A stretch of 63,644 nucleotides of DNA, the filler included, from Folioceros fuciformis (taxonomy: Eukaryota), in NCBI GenBank assembly GCA_049999805.1. It is 23 parts of 23 records of this genome, joined end to end, with 100 filler letters (N's around TTAATTAATTAA, not from the genome) between each part and the next. Parts side by side here need not be neighbours in the genome. Positions count along the whole stretch, not along the records: positions 36,974 to 39,688 come from JBNGIO010000477.1; positions 39,789 to 44,006 come from JBNGIO010000478.1; positions 44,107 to 45,963 come from JBNGIO010000479.1; positions 46,064 to 47,124 come from JBNGIO010000480.1; positions 47,225 to 48,348 come from JBNGIO010000481.1; positions 48,449 to 49,811 come from JBNGIO010000482.1; 17 more parts are not named here. One strand, written 5' to 3'. A program made the translations under genes and the position numbers. Every line of letters begins with the position of its first letter. Within the stretch, counting starts at the first letter, position 1. Positions 36,974 through 49,811 of the stretch are shown piece by piece. The notes beneath the pieces are model-generated. The model was not told the DNA's origin, made no database searches, and saw nothing but the letters and a program-made list of their open reading frames with translations.

Positions 36974-37542
36974 GGGGTGGCTGTGGTGCTCTCTTGGTGT
37001 TGCTACTTCGTGGCGCCCCGCGCTGCGAGATGGTGCAGCGGCATCATCTCACTACCCCGCTGCTATTGTGCTGTTGCTACTGCCAGTCTCTGGGGTTTGT
37101 GCACGGCGGAGATGGAGCCCATTCCACCCCCGGCAGCGGGTTGCTGCTCACAGCTCCCACTCACTTCGATGCCTTCCGCACGGAGCACCTGCAACCATCA
37201 CCTATCCTGCTCCATACCCAAGCTCCACAACTTGAGCTCTAATACCACTTGAAGGATCGCTAGAAGGAGCTACATGGTGAAGGAGGAGAGGAGGAGAGGC
37301 AAAGAGAAGGAGAAAAGAGAGGTCACACTCTCACACAGAGTCTCTCTAGCAAAGGAGCTCAAGAGGGTATTTATACCCTCTAGAAGATCTCCCTAGGAAG
37401 CTTCACAAGAAGGGCACAGGTAGCTGCGCAAGAAGCTTCCTACAGATTAGCTTAAGCTAATCTAAACTAATGGTACTTAATTAGACACTAATCTTAGACT
37501 AAACACATTAGTCTAAGCACATTGGGCTTTATTAACCCTACA
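36974..37542 (-). mobile_element. 5' LTR (37250-37542) + PBS (37236-37247) of an LTR element nested in Copia RT
   Basis: Minus strand TGTAGGG...ATCCTTCA, then TGGTATTAGAGC. Interrupts the host RT right after QQMDV. Confidence 0.85.
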
Positions 37543-39688
37543 GACATCCATCTGCTGCACTTCCAGGTCGTATTCAGCTGCCATAGCCAACAAGATGCGG
37601 ATTGAGGGAGGCTTGACGACTGGTGAGAAGGTGTCACCATAGTCTATGCCTGGAATCTGACTAAATCCCCTAGCAACTAACCTAGATTTATACCGAGCAA
37701 TGGTCCCGTCTGCCTTGAGTTTAGTCTTGAAGACTCACTTTCAGCTGATAGGTTTCCGGCCGTCTGGTAAGTCCACAAGTTCCCAAGTATTATTTTTTAT
37801 AAGGGATGCATACTCGTCATCAATAGATGTTCTCCAGTGAGGGCCATCAGGGCCATTAATCGCTTCATCATACGTCTGTGGGTCAGGACAAACTTCAGGC
37901 ATGTTAAAATCAAACACATGTGCTTGTGCTCCTCATCAAAAATCCAGTAGGTAGCTCATCGTCTAAAAAATCTATGGCTTCACCATGATCCGATAGTGAA
38001 CCAGTAGACTCTGCCTGTGCATCATGCACATCAAAGAAGCCTTGATTGACATGTGGGTCTGATGCAGGCTCTTCATCAACGTTATTATTATCCACCACAA
38101 GTAATAAGTACTCGTCATCATAATCAAGATAGTTCACTACTGGTTGTGGAATAACTGATTGAGGTGGACCTGCTGCAGATACAGCTTGTGTAGAAACTTC
38201 AGCCAATGGTTCAGAACCTGGATTGTCCTCCTCGTCAGCCACTTGTCGCTCGCAATCAGCCAAGATGAGTATATTGGTGCCATAGTATGTAGCTATACTC
38301 TCGCGAGGTGATGAAAGTTCATCAAAGGTTACACTGCGAGCTAGTACCACTCTTCTGGTTGCAGGCTCATATAGTTTGTATGCTTTTGACACCTCAGAGT
38401 AACCAAAAAATAATAAGGGCTTGGCCCTGTCATCTAGCTTGCATTGTTTCTGTTTAGGGACATAAGCATACACTATGGAGCCAAATACTCACATGTGCAA
38501 CAGACTTGGTTTCTTCTTCCAAATGACCTCGTAAGGGGGTTTACCAGGTACAGAGGTTGTCAATATTCGATTTAGTATGTAAGCAGCTGTTGCAAGGGCA
38601 TTTGCCCAGTATTGTTTAGGTAGTCCTGCCCATCCTAGCATGCTCCTGGTCATACCCATTAAGGTTTGATTCTTACGTTCGGCCACTCCATTTTGTTGCT
38701 AAATGTACGGGATTGAAAGCTGGTGTATAATTCCATGGGTTTCAACAGCACTTCATATTGGTGACCTATGAACTCTCCACCGTTGTCGGTGCAAAAGTGT
38801 TTCACCAGGTTGCCAGTCTGTCTTTGTACCATAGACATCCAAGATTCAATGCACTCAAAGGCATCACTTTTAAGACGAAGTGGGTACACCCAAGTGTAGC
38901 GCGAGTAGTCATCTATTAAGGTAAGATAATACTCAGGCCCACCTAGTGACTTTACCTGTAGCTTGCCTACAATGTCCGCATGGACAAGTTCTAACACCGA
39001 TTGAGCTATGTGTGCTTGTTTATTTTTGAAGGGAAGCTCCTTCTGCTTCGACATAACACAAGACTGATAGACGGGGAGATGCTTAAAGCATGAGGGCAGT
39101 TTCTCCCTAAAACAGTCCAAGGAGGCCATGAGGTTCAACTTCTCCCTATTAACATGCCCAAGCCTAGCATGCCATAAGTTTGCTTCAAACACAATAGAGG
39201 TAACATTTGCTTTTGGTTCTATAGTCATGTTCAGCTGATAAAGTTTGTTAACAAGCTGACCCCTAGCAATGCATCTACCAGGTCTGGACAAATCATAGAG
39301 ATAGCAGTGGCCTTGCTCGAAATAAAAGCCATATTTTCCAGACTGGGTGGCTGTACGGACTAATAGCAAATTCTTTGACATGGTTGGCTTATACATGACA
39401 TCTTCGAACAAGATTTTAGACGCATCAGACAAGGTAATGGAAACTGAACCTACTCCACGTACATCTACGCCTCTAGAGTCCCCCACGTACATTGACTGTG
39501 GTGCAACCTCTGTTGTTAGTGTGGCAAACAAGTCCTTGTTATTACACACATGAGACGTAGCCTCTGAGTCAATGAACCAGGAGTCAGACAATTCAGTAGA
39601 GGATGACAAACAAACTGTTACTATTAAGACGCTCGAGCTGCTATTGTGTGGAGTGGATCCCTTGTCCTTAGCAGCGAAATGTTGTGGT
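37543..39688 (-). mobile_element. Ty1/Copia pol fragment (protease, integrase, start of RT)
   Basis: WFIDSEATSH, LWHARLGH, VHADI, IDDYSR, TDNGGEF, AERKN, DTFSPVVK..QQMDV. Frameshifts and stops. Confidence 0.96.
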
Positions 39689-41834
39689 NNNNNNNNNNNN
39701 NNNNNNNNNNNNNNNNNNNNNNNNNNNNNNNNTTAATTAATTAANNNNNNNNNNNNNNNNNNNNNNNNNNNNNNNNNNNNNNNNNNNNGTATACAGAGGG
39801 GCAAAACATTCTATCAAACAACCCTTGACCATATCGATATTTCATACATGTGGACCGATACGGACACGTACTATATTTTTTATTTGGGTTCATGCACCAT
39901 CATGAAAAATCAAGATGGCACATAATGTTTTCAGATACACTATATACATATGAAACATGTCGACGGTTCATAGGGGTTAGGGTTTGGTAGTGTTTCAGAG
40001 ATGTATTGATTGACACCGCCGTGACGACTTGTTTACGGTTTCGGGTTTAGGTCTAGTCTAGGACGTGCACACCGACACACTTACAACAGCAACACGGTTC
40101 CTTTATACACCTACCAATTTGACCTCTCCAGTTTCTACTGCATGCCTGATGAAATGGTGATGTACTTCTATGTGCTTAGTACGGGCATGGAAGACTAGGT
40201 TTTGGGCTAGTGCTAGTGCAGACTGATTGTCACAGAATATCATGATTGGGTTCTTCTCTGGCTGACCCATATCTACCAGCAACTTACGTAACCAAATGGC
40301 CTCCTTAGATGCTTGTGTAAGTGCTGAATACTCTGGGCCATAAAGGTATTATGTGTTGCTCCATTGTGTTCGTCTAGGGGAACTGCAGTGGAACAAACGA
40401 GCAATGACATTGTTCGATAACCTAAACATGTAGACCGAAAAGCATGTTTTAAACTTCATATCCAGCCTCCGTGAGGAGGCAGCGACCTCCCATGATATTG
40501 GGGGGTAGAGGATAGAGGCTGGCATGCGGGAACTTAGTGTCTACAATTGGCTCTTGTAGCGATGTTGTGGTGTGTCTTGCATTCCAGACCCTGCGAGGCA
40601 GCTGTACATAAAGTGTTGTTGGAACCCTAAACTAGTGAACGATCTATAGTATGTCCTATCTGCGAGGTTGTCATGGCATGTGGCGCCGCGTGCACATCAC
40701 TGTGTCCTTCGTGTAAACTGCTTTTTTTGTCGTAGACATTCGAATGAGGCTTGTGCTTGGCCTACACCATATTGCAATGGCAAGTATGGATGTATTGGCT
40801 TGCTGGTGAGTCTCAAGATGTCCTTATTGACCTGATGAGCCACCCCCCACCCGTGCGGCTATGTCACGTGTACTTGTAGTTACAGTAATTAGTACGGTAG
40901 CTTGGTAGAGGTGTGTTGATGAACACCTAAGGCTGTTGCTAGGCCATATGGAATTTGCAACAAGTGGATGCATATTCCAATCCCATTTTGCAGTGTATGA
41001 GGGGGCCCATGTCGGGCGGTTGAAAGTATAGTGAGAGCGATGGTGGACTCCAAAGCAACCCGCATGTACGATGCAACCCACAAAAATGTGTTGCAATTGC
41101 ATAAGAAGCTTGTGGCATGCACATGGCACAAATCCAATTCCTAGACACCGGTAGCAAATTGTCAGAAGTGCGGCATGCCTTCAGGGTGTCACTTGGATGC
41201 AATCCGCATTGTTCGTTGGCGTAGGTAGGGTAATTGACGCGATCACCACGTGTTATGTGGAAGACAAGACCAGGAGCGCAGATGCACCTATCTGCGACAT
41301 GTGCCTTTGGAACACGATGTTCAAAGTATGGGCACGAATGCTGTCGGAGCGAGTTGGGGTGATAGGGCGGGAGCCCATTCGTGCACGGACGGAATGAGGT
41401 AGAGGGTGTTGACCCTGGCTGCGACGACGCTAAGCAGCGATTGAGGGCCATGTGTGCAAAGAGTAAGGGACGGGTGCCCCTAGTGTGGTATGCACGTTGG
41501 TAATAGGTGCACACAGTGGCGGTGGTCAGCTTCTATAGGGGGGACAGGGCATTTTGTGGATTGCGATGGACATGGCCTTGGGGGTGCATAGGTTACTGCT
41601 TGACGAGGAGGAAGGTTGGCTAGGGGCCATGCATGCCCTAGTCAACACAGCGGGGGAACCAATTGCCAAGAACCATGTTGCACGCTTCCGGCTGCACATG
41701 GTGGATGGGCCTGAAGATGGTGGACGGGCAAGGGGTGGAGGGGACACCATGGCGAGGGCAAAGGCGATGGGGCTGTCGGTCCTCAGGAGGATGAAGTGGT
41801 CCACGAGCAGGAGGAGGGAGGCGATCGACGGCGG

Positions 41835-43955
41835 ATGCCGAGAACGACCTTGGAGCAGATTGGGCTAAGCCGGCAAGGCCTGTACGAGATGGCAGTGCAG
41901 CATTTGCAAGAAGGACGACCGCTGAAGGAGCTAGCACCGCAGTTGGGTTGCAATATACACACAGTCAGGAGGCTGCTAAATGGACATCCAGTGAGGAGGG
42001 GGGTGTATGGCAGGCTATCCATGGAGGAGATATGGACGATTATTGCAACGCACACTCTAATACGGCGGCACGGTGTGAGTGCATGGATTCGATTTGTGCA
42101 AGCTGAGCTATAGCTGGATGGAATTGAGATACCAAGAAGGTAGGTAGCAGAGGCGTTGCGCTTCATGGAACCAGAGTCTATGGCACGGAGGTCGACTGTT
42201 TGCATACGCCAAGTGCAATACAACAATGTCACACCCATGTTCATTTGGCATATGGATTGTGTGTATGCAATGGGTTGCGGGTGGAATGTTGTGGTTATTA
42301 TGTTGGCTGCAGTGCATGCGGGTGTGTCCTGAGGGGTTGTGGCATGGGCTCGTGTTCTTGAATAGTGGTCGGCGCAGATGCTAACGCTACACAGGGCGTT
42401 GGGGATGTTTGCAGCTTACGACAAATTGTACCAATTCTACTTCTACGTGCACGGAGCGATTGATGGAGCCACGCATCACGTTCCGTGGCTAGTGCTGGAG
42501 GACAACAAGAGAGGCTCCACAATTTACAACGCATATGTGGACGTAGTGCGGAAATTTGGGCACCCACAGCGAATATGCTCAGACGATGCAGCAGAGCACA
42601 ACCTCATAGAGGCTGACATGGACCGTGAACGACCTAGAGCCCAAGGTAGCAACTTCATTCGGGGTCCTTCGGTTCACAATTAGGTGAGTGCAACCCTTTC
42701 CATGCGTATGGCGTTGTGGGCACGAAGCACGGGGCTGGTTTGCCGTATCGTAGCTTCCTGTTTTCTTAGCCTTGATGTGAAATTGGTGTGTACCCTCCTC
42801 TGCGAGAGAAACATTAATGCAGTCATGATGACAACAAATTGAGCACTTTTGGCAAGCATTGGGGGAGAAATGGGCATTCCTATACAAGGGGTACTTGTTG
42901 GACTTGGTAAGGAGCAAGGAATTGGATACAACGAATTCGTTGCACATTCATTCCTTGCATGCTACGTTCATGCCCATCATGAGGGGTGAGCTGGAACGAT
43001 GGAGGCAACTGTGGAATCGGTATCGAGTACGGTACATATGAGGGGCTCGGATTGGGACATCCCATGGCATGTCCCTAGAATCGGTTTCCAAGAGGAAGAG
43101 CGGATGCATGGGTTGGTGCAGCCACCTCCGCATGGTGCAGTGGATGATGATGGAGAGGAGTACGATGCTGGAGGCCCACAATATGTGTAGAATGTGGCTC
43201 CGGAGATGCCCCCGTTGAGGAGGATTGAGCTTCTGGATGGGATGAGCTTCTGCAGTTATGCAAGCGTGGCTGCAAGCTTTTGTTGTTGACCCGTAATTGA
43301 CTTGTGCATGACTGTGCAATGGATGCCTGTCACTACACTGTTCTTGTAGGTTGAGCTGCAATGGTGGAGGAGATGGCAGATATATATTTCCTTGTGCATG
43401 CAATTCAGTTGAATAGGGGAAATTCACGTGACTGTGGCAAGAGATTGGAGACCTAAACCCTGTAGTTGTTATATGTGGCTGAGAAATGTGGTTGCAGCTT
43501 GCATTTCATGATGGTTGTTGGTAATTGAAGGGGGTGCCTGCAAACGCTAGAGCTGTCGGTGTTGTTCGTGCATGTAGGGTGTGTTGTAAGTTGTTGCTTC
43601 GGATGGCCCTGGCCAAGCAGAATATTGCAGTGGTGTTTGGGCATGCTGTCGGCAATTTCCTTTTACCGTTGCACCTTGCAAGCAAACCTACCCTCCAGAT
43701 TGTAGTTGCTTGTTGTGCGTTGTGCTGATTGTAGGTGGTGGTAATTATAACCCACACCCCCTTCTGCGCTTTATGCAGGCATTGCAAGTCGTCTGCGACA
43801 ACACTTATGTGAAAGGCCTAGAGGGTATGGACTATCTGCCTGATATGTACCGCTTGCACTTGGCCTTGACCACATTGTGCAAAGAATGCAAAAGCATAAT
43901 GGAGCCCTTGGATGCCTACTTATATGCTTGGACGCAAGAGGAGGCCACTCCGTAG
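41835..43955 (+). mobile_element. Intron-containing IS3-like/rve-type DDE integrase-transposase pseudogene
   Basis: HTH (LKELAPQLGCNIHTVRR), IWHMD|SYDKL (intron 42259-42414), VHGAIDG, PQRICSD, GPSVHN* |intron from 42684| QIEHFW, LERWRQLWNRYRVR, probable last exon to 43955. Several TAG/TGA stops. Confidence 0.82.
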
Positions 43956-44106
43956 GCGTGGACAAGCATTTGCCTCCTTTGCTCTCTGTAGTAATGGGGG
44001 GAGGGGNNNNNNNNNNNNNNNNNNNNNNNNNNNNNNNNNNNNNNNNNNNNTTAATTAATTAANNNNNNNNNNNNNNNNNNNNNNNNNNNNNNNNNNNNNN
44101 NNNNNN

Positions 44107-45140
44107 CTTGCACTTGGCTGAAACATCGTTGCACTGACTCCGTCATAGGTTCCTGCACCTCCAAAGCCCACACCTACTCTTGCACTTGGCTGAAAGCCGA
44201 CTCCCTCAAAGGTTTTGGGACCGACTCCCTCATAAGGTCCGGAACCGACTCCCTCATAGAATCCGGCACCGACTCCCTCATAGAATCCGGGACCGACTCC
44301 CTCGTAGGTTCCAGCACTGACTCCCTCATAAAGTCCGGGATCGACTCCCTCATCGGGTCCGACACCGACTCCCTCATAAGTTCCGGCACCGACTCCCTCA
44401 TAGGTTCCGGCACCGATACGATCATAGGCTTCGGCATCAACTTCGTCACGGGTTCCGGCATTGACTCCACCATAGATTCCAGCACCGACTTCAGCATAGG
44501 GTCCGGCACCGCCTTCAGCATAGGGTCCGGCACCGACTCCCTCAGAGGATCCAGCATCGACTCCCTCAGAGGATCCAGCATCGACTCCCTCATAGGATCC
44601 GGCATCGACTGCCTCACAGGTTCCGGCACTGACTCCATCAAAGGATCCGGCATCGACTCCCTCATAGGTTCCGGCACCGACTCCCTCATAGGTTCCGGCA
44701 CCGACTCCCTTATACGTTCCAAGCTCAATTCCATTATAGGCTTCGGCATGGACTTCGTCACAGGTTCTGGCACACACTCCATCACAGGTTCCGGCACCGA
44801 TTCTATCATAGGCTTCGACATCGACTCCATCACAGGTTCCGGCAGGTCCTGCCATCTCACCACAAACTTCATCGTAGGTTCCCACACCTTCGCAGCCCGC
44901 ACCTACTCTTGCACTGACCAACGTGCCACAAGGGTGACCAGGTGCCACACGGGGCACAGAACTATCCATGGGAATGTTGTACCCCAATGAAGGGTCTCCC
45001 ACACAGCCACGGTCTATGCCGGCTTGCATCCCTCGGCTACGACCCCTGCACGGAGCTTGTCCTTGACCTCGGTCGTGACCCGAAGGCCGGATGAGGTCTG
45101 CACCCGCATTGCCTCCATCGCCTCTCCCTGAAATGGCCAT
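44107..45140 (-). CDS. ORF with ~25-30 Gly-rich octapeptide repeats (24-bp minisatellite), 3' truncated by gap
   Basis: ATG at 45140, open to the gap. (T/S/P)YEGV(G/D)AG units at ~44170-44850. A second frame (MRESVPEP) is also open. Confidence 0.5.
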
Positions 45141-45723
45141 TGCTCAAGTGTCTATTCTTCGTCGTTGAAATGGAAACCGTTTGAATAGCTACTGTTTGAC
45201 TCAAAACAAATTGCCGGTACTTGTGATATGTGATGCCAAACTTCCTGTCCCTTCCTCGTATTGGACTCTGAGCCAAAAGATATCCCCAGATAAGTAAAGG
45301 AAGTCCAAACGACGCCTTTTATATAGACTAAGAAAACTATGCTAGTAGATACTAAAGCTGGTTTGTGGCCTAAAAAATTATTATACTAAAGCTGGTTTGT
45401 GGACTAAGAAATTAGTATGGTAGGTTTGTGGACCAAGCAAGAAATCATACATAGTAATAAAGTTTACTAAGCACAGGATAAACATCAGCCTTGGTAAGTG
45501 AGTGGTAGTAGATTTTATTTTGGAAATTAAATAAGTAGTTACTAAAGTTATAACTAGAGTATGCATATAGAAGACCTAGCCTAGGGTTAAGCTGTTTTAT
45601 GTAGACTAAGAAAATTATGCTAATATAGGATTATACTTTAACTCTCGAGTCTCCATAGAGCTAAAGCCATACTGCTGTTCCTGTGATGGACTCCTCTTAC
45701 AGGAACCGATCCACGTAAACTAC

Positions 45724-45963
45724 AGACAAGAGCCCGCGCCCAGGTTGAATCAGCTGCTCTGGACCCCGTCTGGCAACCGGGGGAAGACAAGAGCCCACGC
45801 CCAGCTTGAATCAGCTGCTCTGGACCCCGTCTGGCAACCGGGGGAAGACAAGAGTCCACGCCCAGCTTGAATCAGCTGCTCTGGACCCCGTCTGGCAACC
45901 GGGGGAAGACAAGAGTCCACGCCCAGCTTGAATCAGCTGCTCTGGACCCCGTCTGGCAACCGG
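45724..45963. repeat. 61-bp tandem repeat, ~4 copies, runs into gap
   Basis: Unit AGACAAGAGYCCACGCCCAGCTTGAATCAGCTGCTCTGGACCCCGTCTGGCAACCGGGGGA. Confidence 0.95.
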
Positions 45964-46063
45964 NNNNNNNNNNNNNNNNNNNNNNNNNNNNNNNNNNNNN
46001 NNNNNNNTTAATTAATTAANNNNNNNNNNNNNNNNNNNNNNNNNNNNNNNNNNNNNNNNNNNN

Positions 46064-46447
46064 GAGTCAGTAGGGAAGTGTAGAAGGTAGTGGTGTCATT
46101 GTTAGTTGCTGGTGTTGGTGCTGGAGTGAGAGAGTGAGTGAAGTGTGTGAGGGAAGTCGCAGATCTGAGAGGTTAGAGTCGTTGTAGTGACTGGAGTGAG
46201 TTTGTGGGCACCGAGAGAGGTGCAGCTGACCGCTGGACAGCGAGGCTGTTCTACGCCTGATCGGAGCTGGAGGGGAGCCCTCAAATCCATCATCGAGTCG
46301 ATCAAGTCCGACCCTCCATCCACAGTAGCAAGAAACCCCATCGCTCCTTCGTGGGAACGAAACCCAATGTCTCAACGACAGTGGGATAAGTGTGGCCACT
46401 AAAGGTGGAACCCGTTGGCAATCAGTGCCCGGGGTTTCGCCTCCACA
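46064..46447 (-). repeat. Repeat family A copy 3
   Basis: Same TGTGGAGG terminus at 46447, with a unique flank. Confidence 0.92.
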
Positions 46448-47224
46448 CAAGCATGCATGGATCTAAAGCGTGCTGGGAAATGGTAGTAGGGTGTGCCGAA
46501 TCGATCACGGGCTGACCACAGTTGAGGAGTCAAACCCGGTCGCATGTCCATGGCAACTAGTTGTGGTCAATAGGCACAGGGCTTGGTGCATTCTAGTCTA
46601 GGTTTCGGAATCAAGGATTTTTTGTGGGCATTTGGTTTTGCCTGTGTCACTCTGTTTGAGGCTTGGACGAATGTCACTACGTTTGAGGCTTGCCAACTTC
46701 CTTGGTTTTGTCTGTGGTAAATACATGTGCGAGCATATGGACAGCTCGGGTTTCAGGATGTGTTGTGTGGGTGGCAGTGACCTTGTCACGTGTCTTCTAC
46801 TTGCAGTGGTAGGACGTTGGTGTGTATGAGGCGGGCAATAGGCATGAAGTGGGAAAGTTGCTGGCAGTGTCCAAACGACTGGTGACATGTGTTGATACCC
46901 TGCTGATTGTGGGGCAAGACTGATTTATTGGTAGGGTTAGCATAAGTTGCAGGAGGATGACAACTGTAGAGGCGTTTTGGGTCTCGGTATAGGGTTGTTT
47001 GCTCATAGAGGTGTACATGTGTTTAGGTTTGAGGCTAGCCAACTTCAGCATCTAATTCTCATGGAGGTGGAGATGTGCCACCCTACACCAACAATCCAAA
47101 GCGCCACCCCACACCAGCAATCCANNNNNNNNNNNNNNNNNNNNNNNNNNNNNNNNNNNNNNNNNNNNTTAATTAATTAANNNNNNNNNNNNNNNNNNNN
47201 NNNNNNNNNNNNNNNNNNNNNNNN

Positions 47225-47566
47225 TGTTGGTGTTGGTGCTGGAGTAAGAGAGTGAGTGAAGTGAGTGAGGGAAGTCACAGATCTGAGAGGTTAGGGTCGT
47301 TGTAGTGACAAGAGTGAGTTTGTGGGCACCGAGAGAGGTGCAGCAAACCGCCGGACAGCGAGGCCTGTCCTACGCCTGATCGGAGCTGGAGGGGAGCCCT
47401 CGAATCCATCATCGAGTTGATCAAGTCCGACCCTCCATCCACAGCAGCAAGGAACCCCATCGCTCCTTCGTGGGAACGAAACCCAATGTCTCAACGACAG
47501 TGGGATAAGTGTGGCCACTAAAGGTGGAACCCGTCGGCAATCAGTGCCCGGGGTTTTGCCTCCACA
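47225..47566 (-). repeat. Repeat family A copy 4
   Basis: Same TGTGGAGG terminus at 47566, with a unique flank. Confidence 0.92.
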
Positions 47567-47964
47567 AAGGACAAGGACGAGTTCCCGCTCAACCCATTGC
47601 TGCGCCTCCTCCTCCGTCAATTCCTCCAGGACTGCCTCAGAATAGCAGTGAGGTAGTCCCCATACCCGCCAGCAATAGTAGTAGAGGCCCTTGCGGGTCC
47701 TCAGTTGCAGGCTGTAGCCCCGTGTCCCTCCTTTGCCCATGCGTACATACAAAAACAACTTCAGAACTTGGGCTCCTTCCACATAGAGGCCCGGCACATA
47801 GAAGGCTCCTCCTCATACTGCAGCACAACCCGACCCTCTGTCATAAAGGAGGCACTTACCCCTTCCTCCCTTGGGCTACCTCGGGGTGCCTGCCCCCTGC
47901 TCTCCTGGGGTACCTGAGGGTCCTCCATCCCTCCCGCTGCTGCTTCCCCCTGCGGAGATACCTC

Positions 47965-48150
47965 ATGCATCTAGCAAGAAAGGCCAGCATGCAGAGGCAT
48001 GCAAGAGCAATAGAACAAAACGATGTGTATTCAATAATGAGCAGAAAAATGTTATATACAAAAAGTACCCTATTAACCCTAAATAACATAACCTAAAAGT
48101 AAGTAGGGATATTTAACCGTCGGGGTTATTAAACCAACACTCCCACTTAA
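47965..48150 (-). repeat. PPT and 3' LTR of a Copia-type element
   Basis: Minus strand AAGTGGGAG followed by TGTTGGTTTAAT at 48139. Far boundary approximate. Confidence 0.6.
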
Positions 48151-48448
48151 CCTCGACGGGTTAAAACCAGTAAAGTCCACCAAAAATAAGAACACAATTC
48201 TAGTCATCACCCCATCCGGGCACTGATCGGTCCCCGGGCCGCTTAACTGCAGAGTTCTGATCCGGGGCCTGCTACCGGCCTCCCACTTTCCCTTGCGCTA
48301 GGTTCACCAAAATAAGCCATTTATCCAAACGGGCTCTGTTATGACGACNNNNNNNNNNNNNNNNNNNNNNNNNNNNNNNNNNNNNNNNNNNNTTAATTAA
48401 TTAANNNNNNNNNNNNNNNNNNNNNNNNNNNNNNNNNNNNNNNNNNNN

Positions 48449-49811
48449 AGGTATGCCACAATAGTTACAATTACCTAGTCTTTTTACTTTCTGGTTATTT
48501 GACTTTTGTGGAGAACTTCCTAGCTTTGAAGCTCCGCTGTTAGAAGATTGAGAACCACGAAAGCTAGGCCTTGCACCCTTTTTGTTGTTGTTGTTGGATG
48601 TGTACTGGGGCAGTTGTTTTCCTAAACCCTAAACCCTAAACGTCTATGTTGGCCCCTACTTGCCTCCTCTTGCATAAGGGCTCCCACTAGCTCAGCAAAA
48701 GACATGGAAGGTAAAGTTACCCCTGCAAGTCTTTCTAGCTTAGCAACTTGGGTTTGAGCAGCTGTGTGTGATGTCACAAAATGTGACCACGACTATGGCA
48801 AGGATAACATAAGCGCCATACAGAGGTCCTGCTCTTCCATCACCTCGCCAGAGGAACTTTCACACTTTGCAGCCAATGCTCTAAACGCACCAACATGCTT
48901 TTCTATTGAGTCTTCCTCCCTCATCTGGTAGTTTTGAAAATTGCGCATTGCAGCCATAACACTGACCACGTTCTTGGCTGAATACAGGTTCTCCAAACGA
49001 GTGCAGATCTCTGCAGTAGACTTAGCCCCTCCAATCTGCCTTAACATATCTGATGTCAGGCCACTGCGAATAAGGTACAGGGCCTCATCATTTTTTGATT
49101 GACCATGCCTCTACTGCTTCTGAATCCTGATCATCGGGTTTGTCCTCATCACCCTTTGTGATTTTCCAAAGTCGCCGATTATGGAGAGCTCCTTGCATTC
49201 TTAAACAATTTTATGTTTTAGTATTTCACTAATAAATTTAAGTAAAGACTAAAATTCAGCAAATAATGATAAACGAATTTATCATTTCTTACCTTGAGTA
49301 GATTGTTGCTTATTTGCTTAGGATTTTATCCTGAACAACATGAAAGAACAGATTGCAGTTATCATTCTGCAATTTCCTCAATTAATTAATGTATTTCAAA
49401 AAATGCTTATACAACATCTGCTAGCAATAATAATTCCCTTACCAATTCTGATTGGATGGAAATTGACGATACGGCTGACCTTGATTGAAACCCTCCTTCT
49501 GGTGTTCTAAACCCAAGAGAATTTTTCCTTCATAAAATGTCAAAACCAACAAATCTGGCTAGGGATGGGTTCAAGGGGAAGGATCGTTTCAATGGAATAG
49601 ACTATGATACATGCAGTTAAACATTTTATTGAAGATACTATCTAGATTGAAAATCTAGATATAGAATAGAATATTTTGTTCTAGTCTAGAAGGCAGGCTA
49701 GGAATTTATATATTCTAGTATAAATTGCTAGGATATAACTGCTATCTAGGTAGTTGTCCTAGTATATCTGCATTGAATTGTCAAATGACAATTTAATGGA
49801 AATGCACTAGG
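48449..49811 (-). mobile_element. Copia gag region with an inverted 5' segment
   Basis: LRMQGALHNRRLWKI, LENLYS, LMLSLP*SW and GNCNYCG on the minus strand. The gag start DRFNGIDYDT lies on the plus strand at ~49580-49612. Confidence 0.88.

Noticed and set aside
40645-40720. Apparent zinc finger CPIC...CPSC
   Set aside because: No RING spacing. A different frame looks like the longer coding relic, so it is probably chance.
45724-45963. CRISPR-like appearance of regular repeats (also 22233-22427, 44170-44850)
   Set aside because: Units are contiguous with no unique spacers, there are no cas genes, and the context is eukaryotic.
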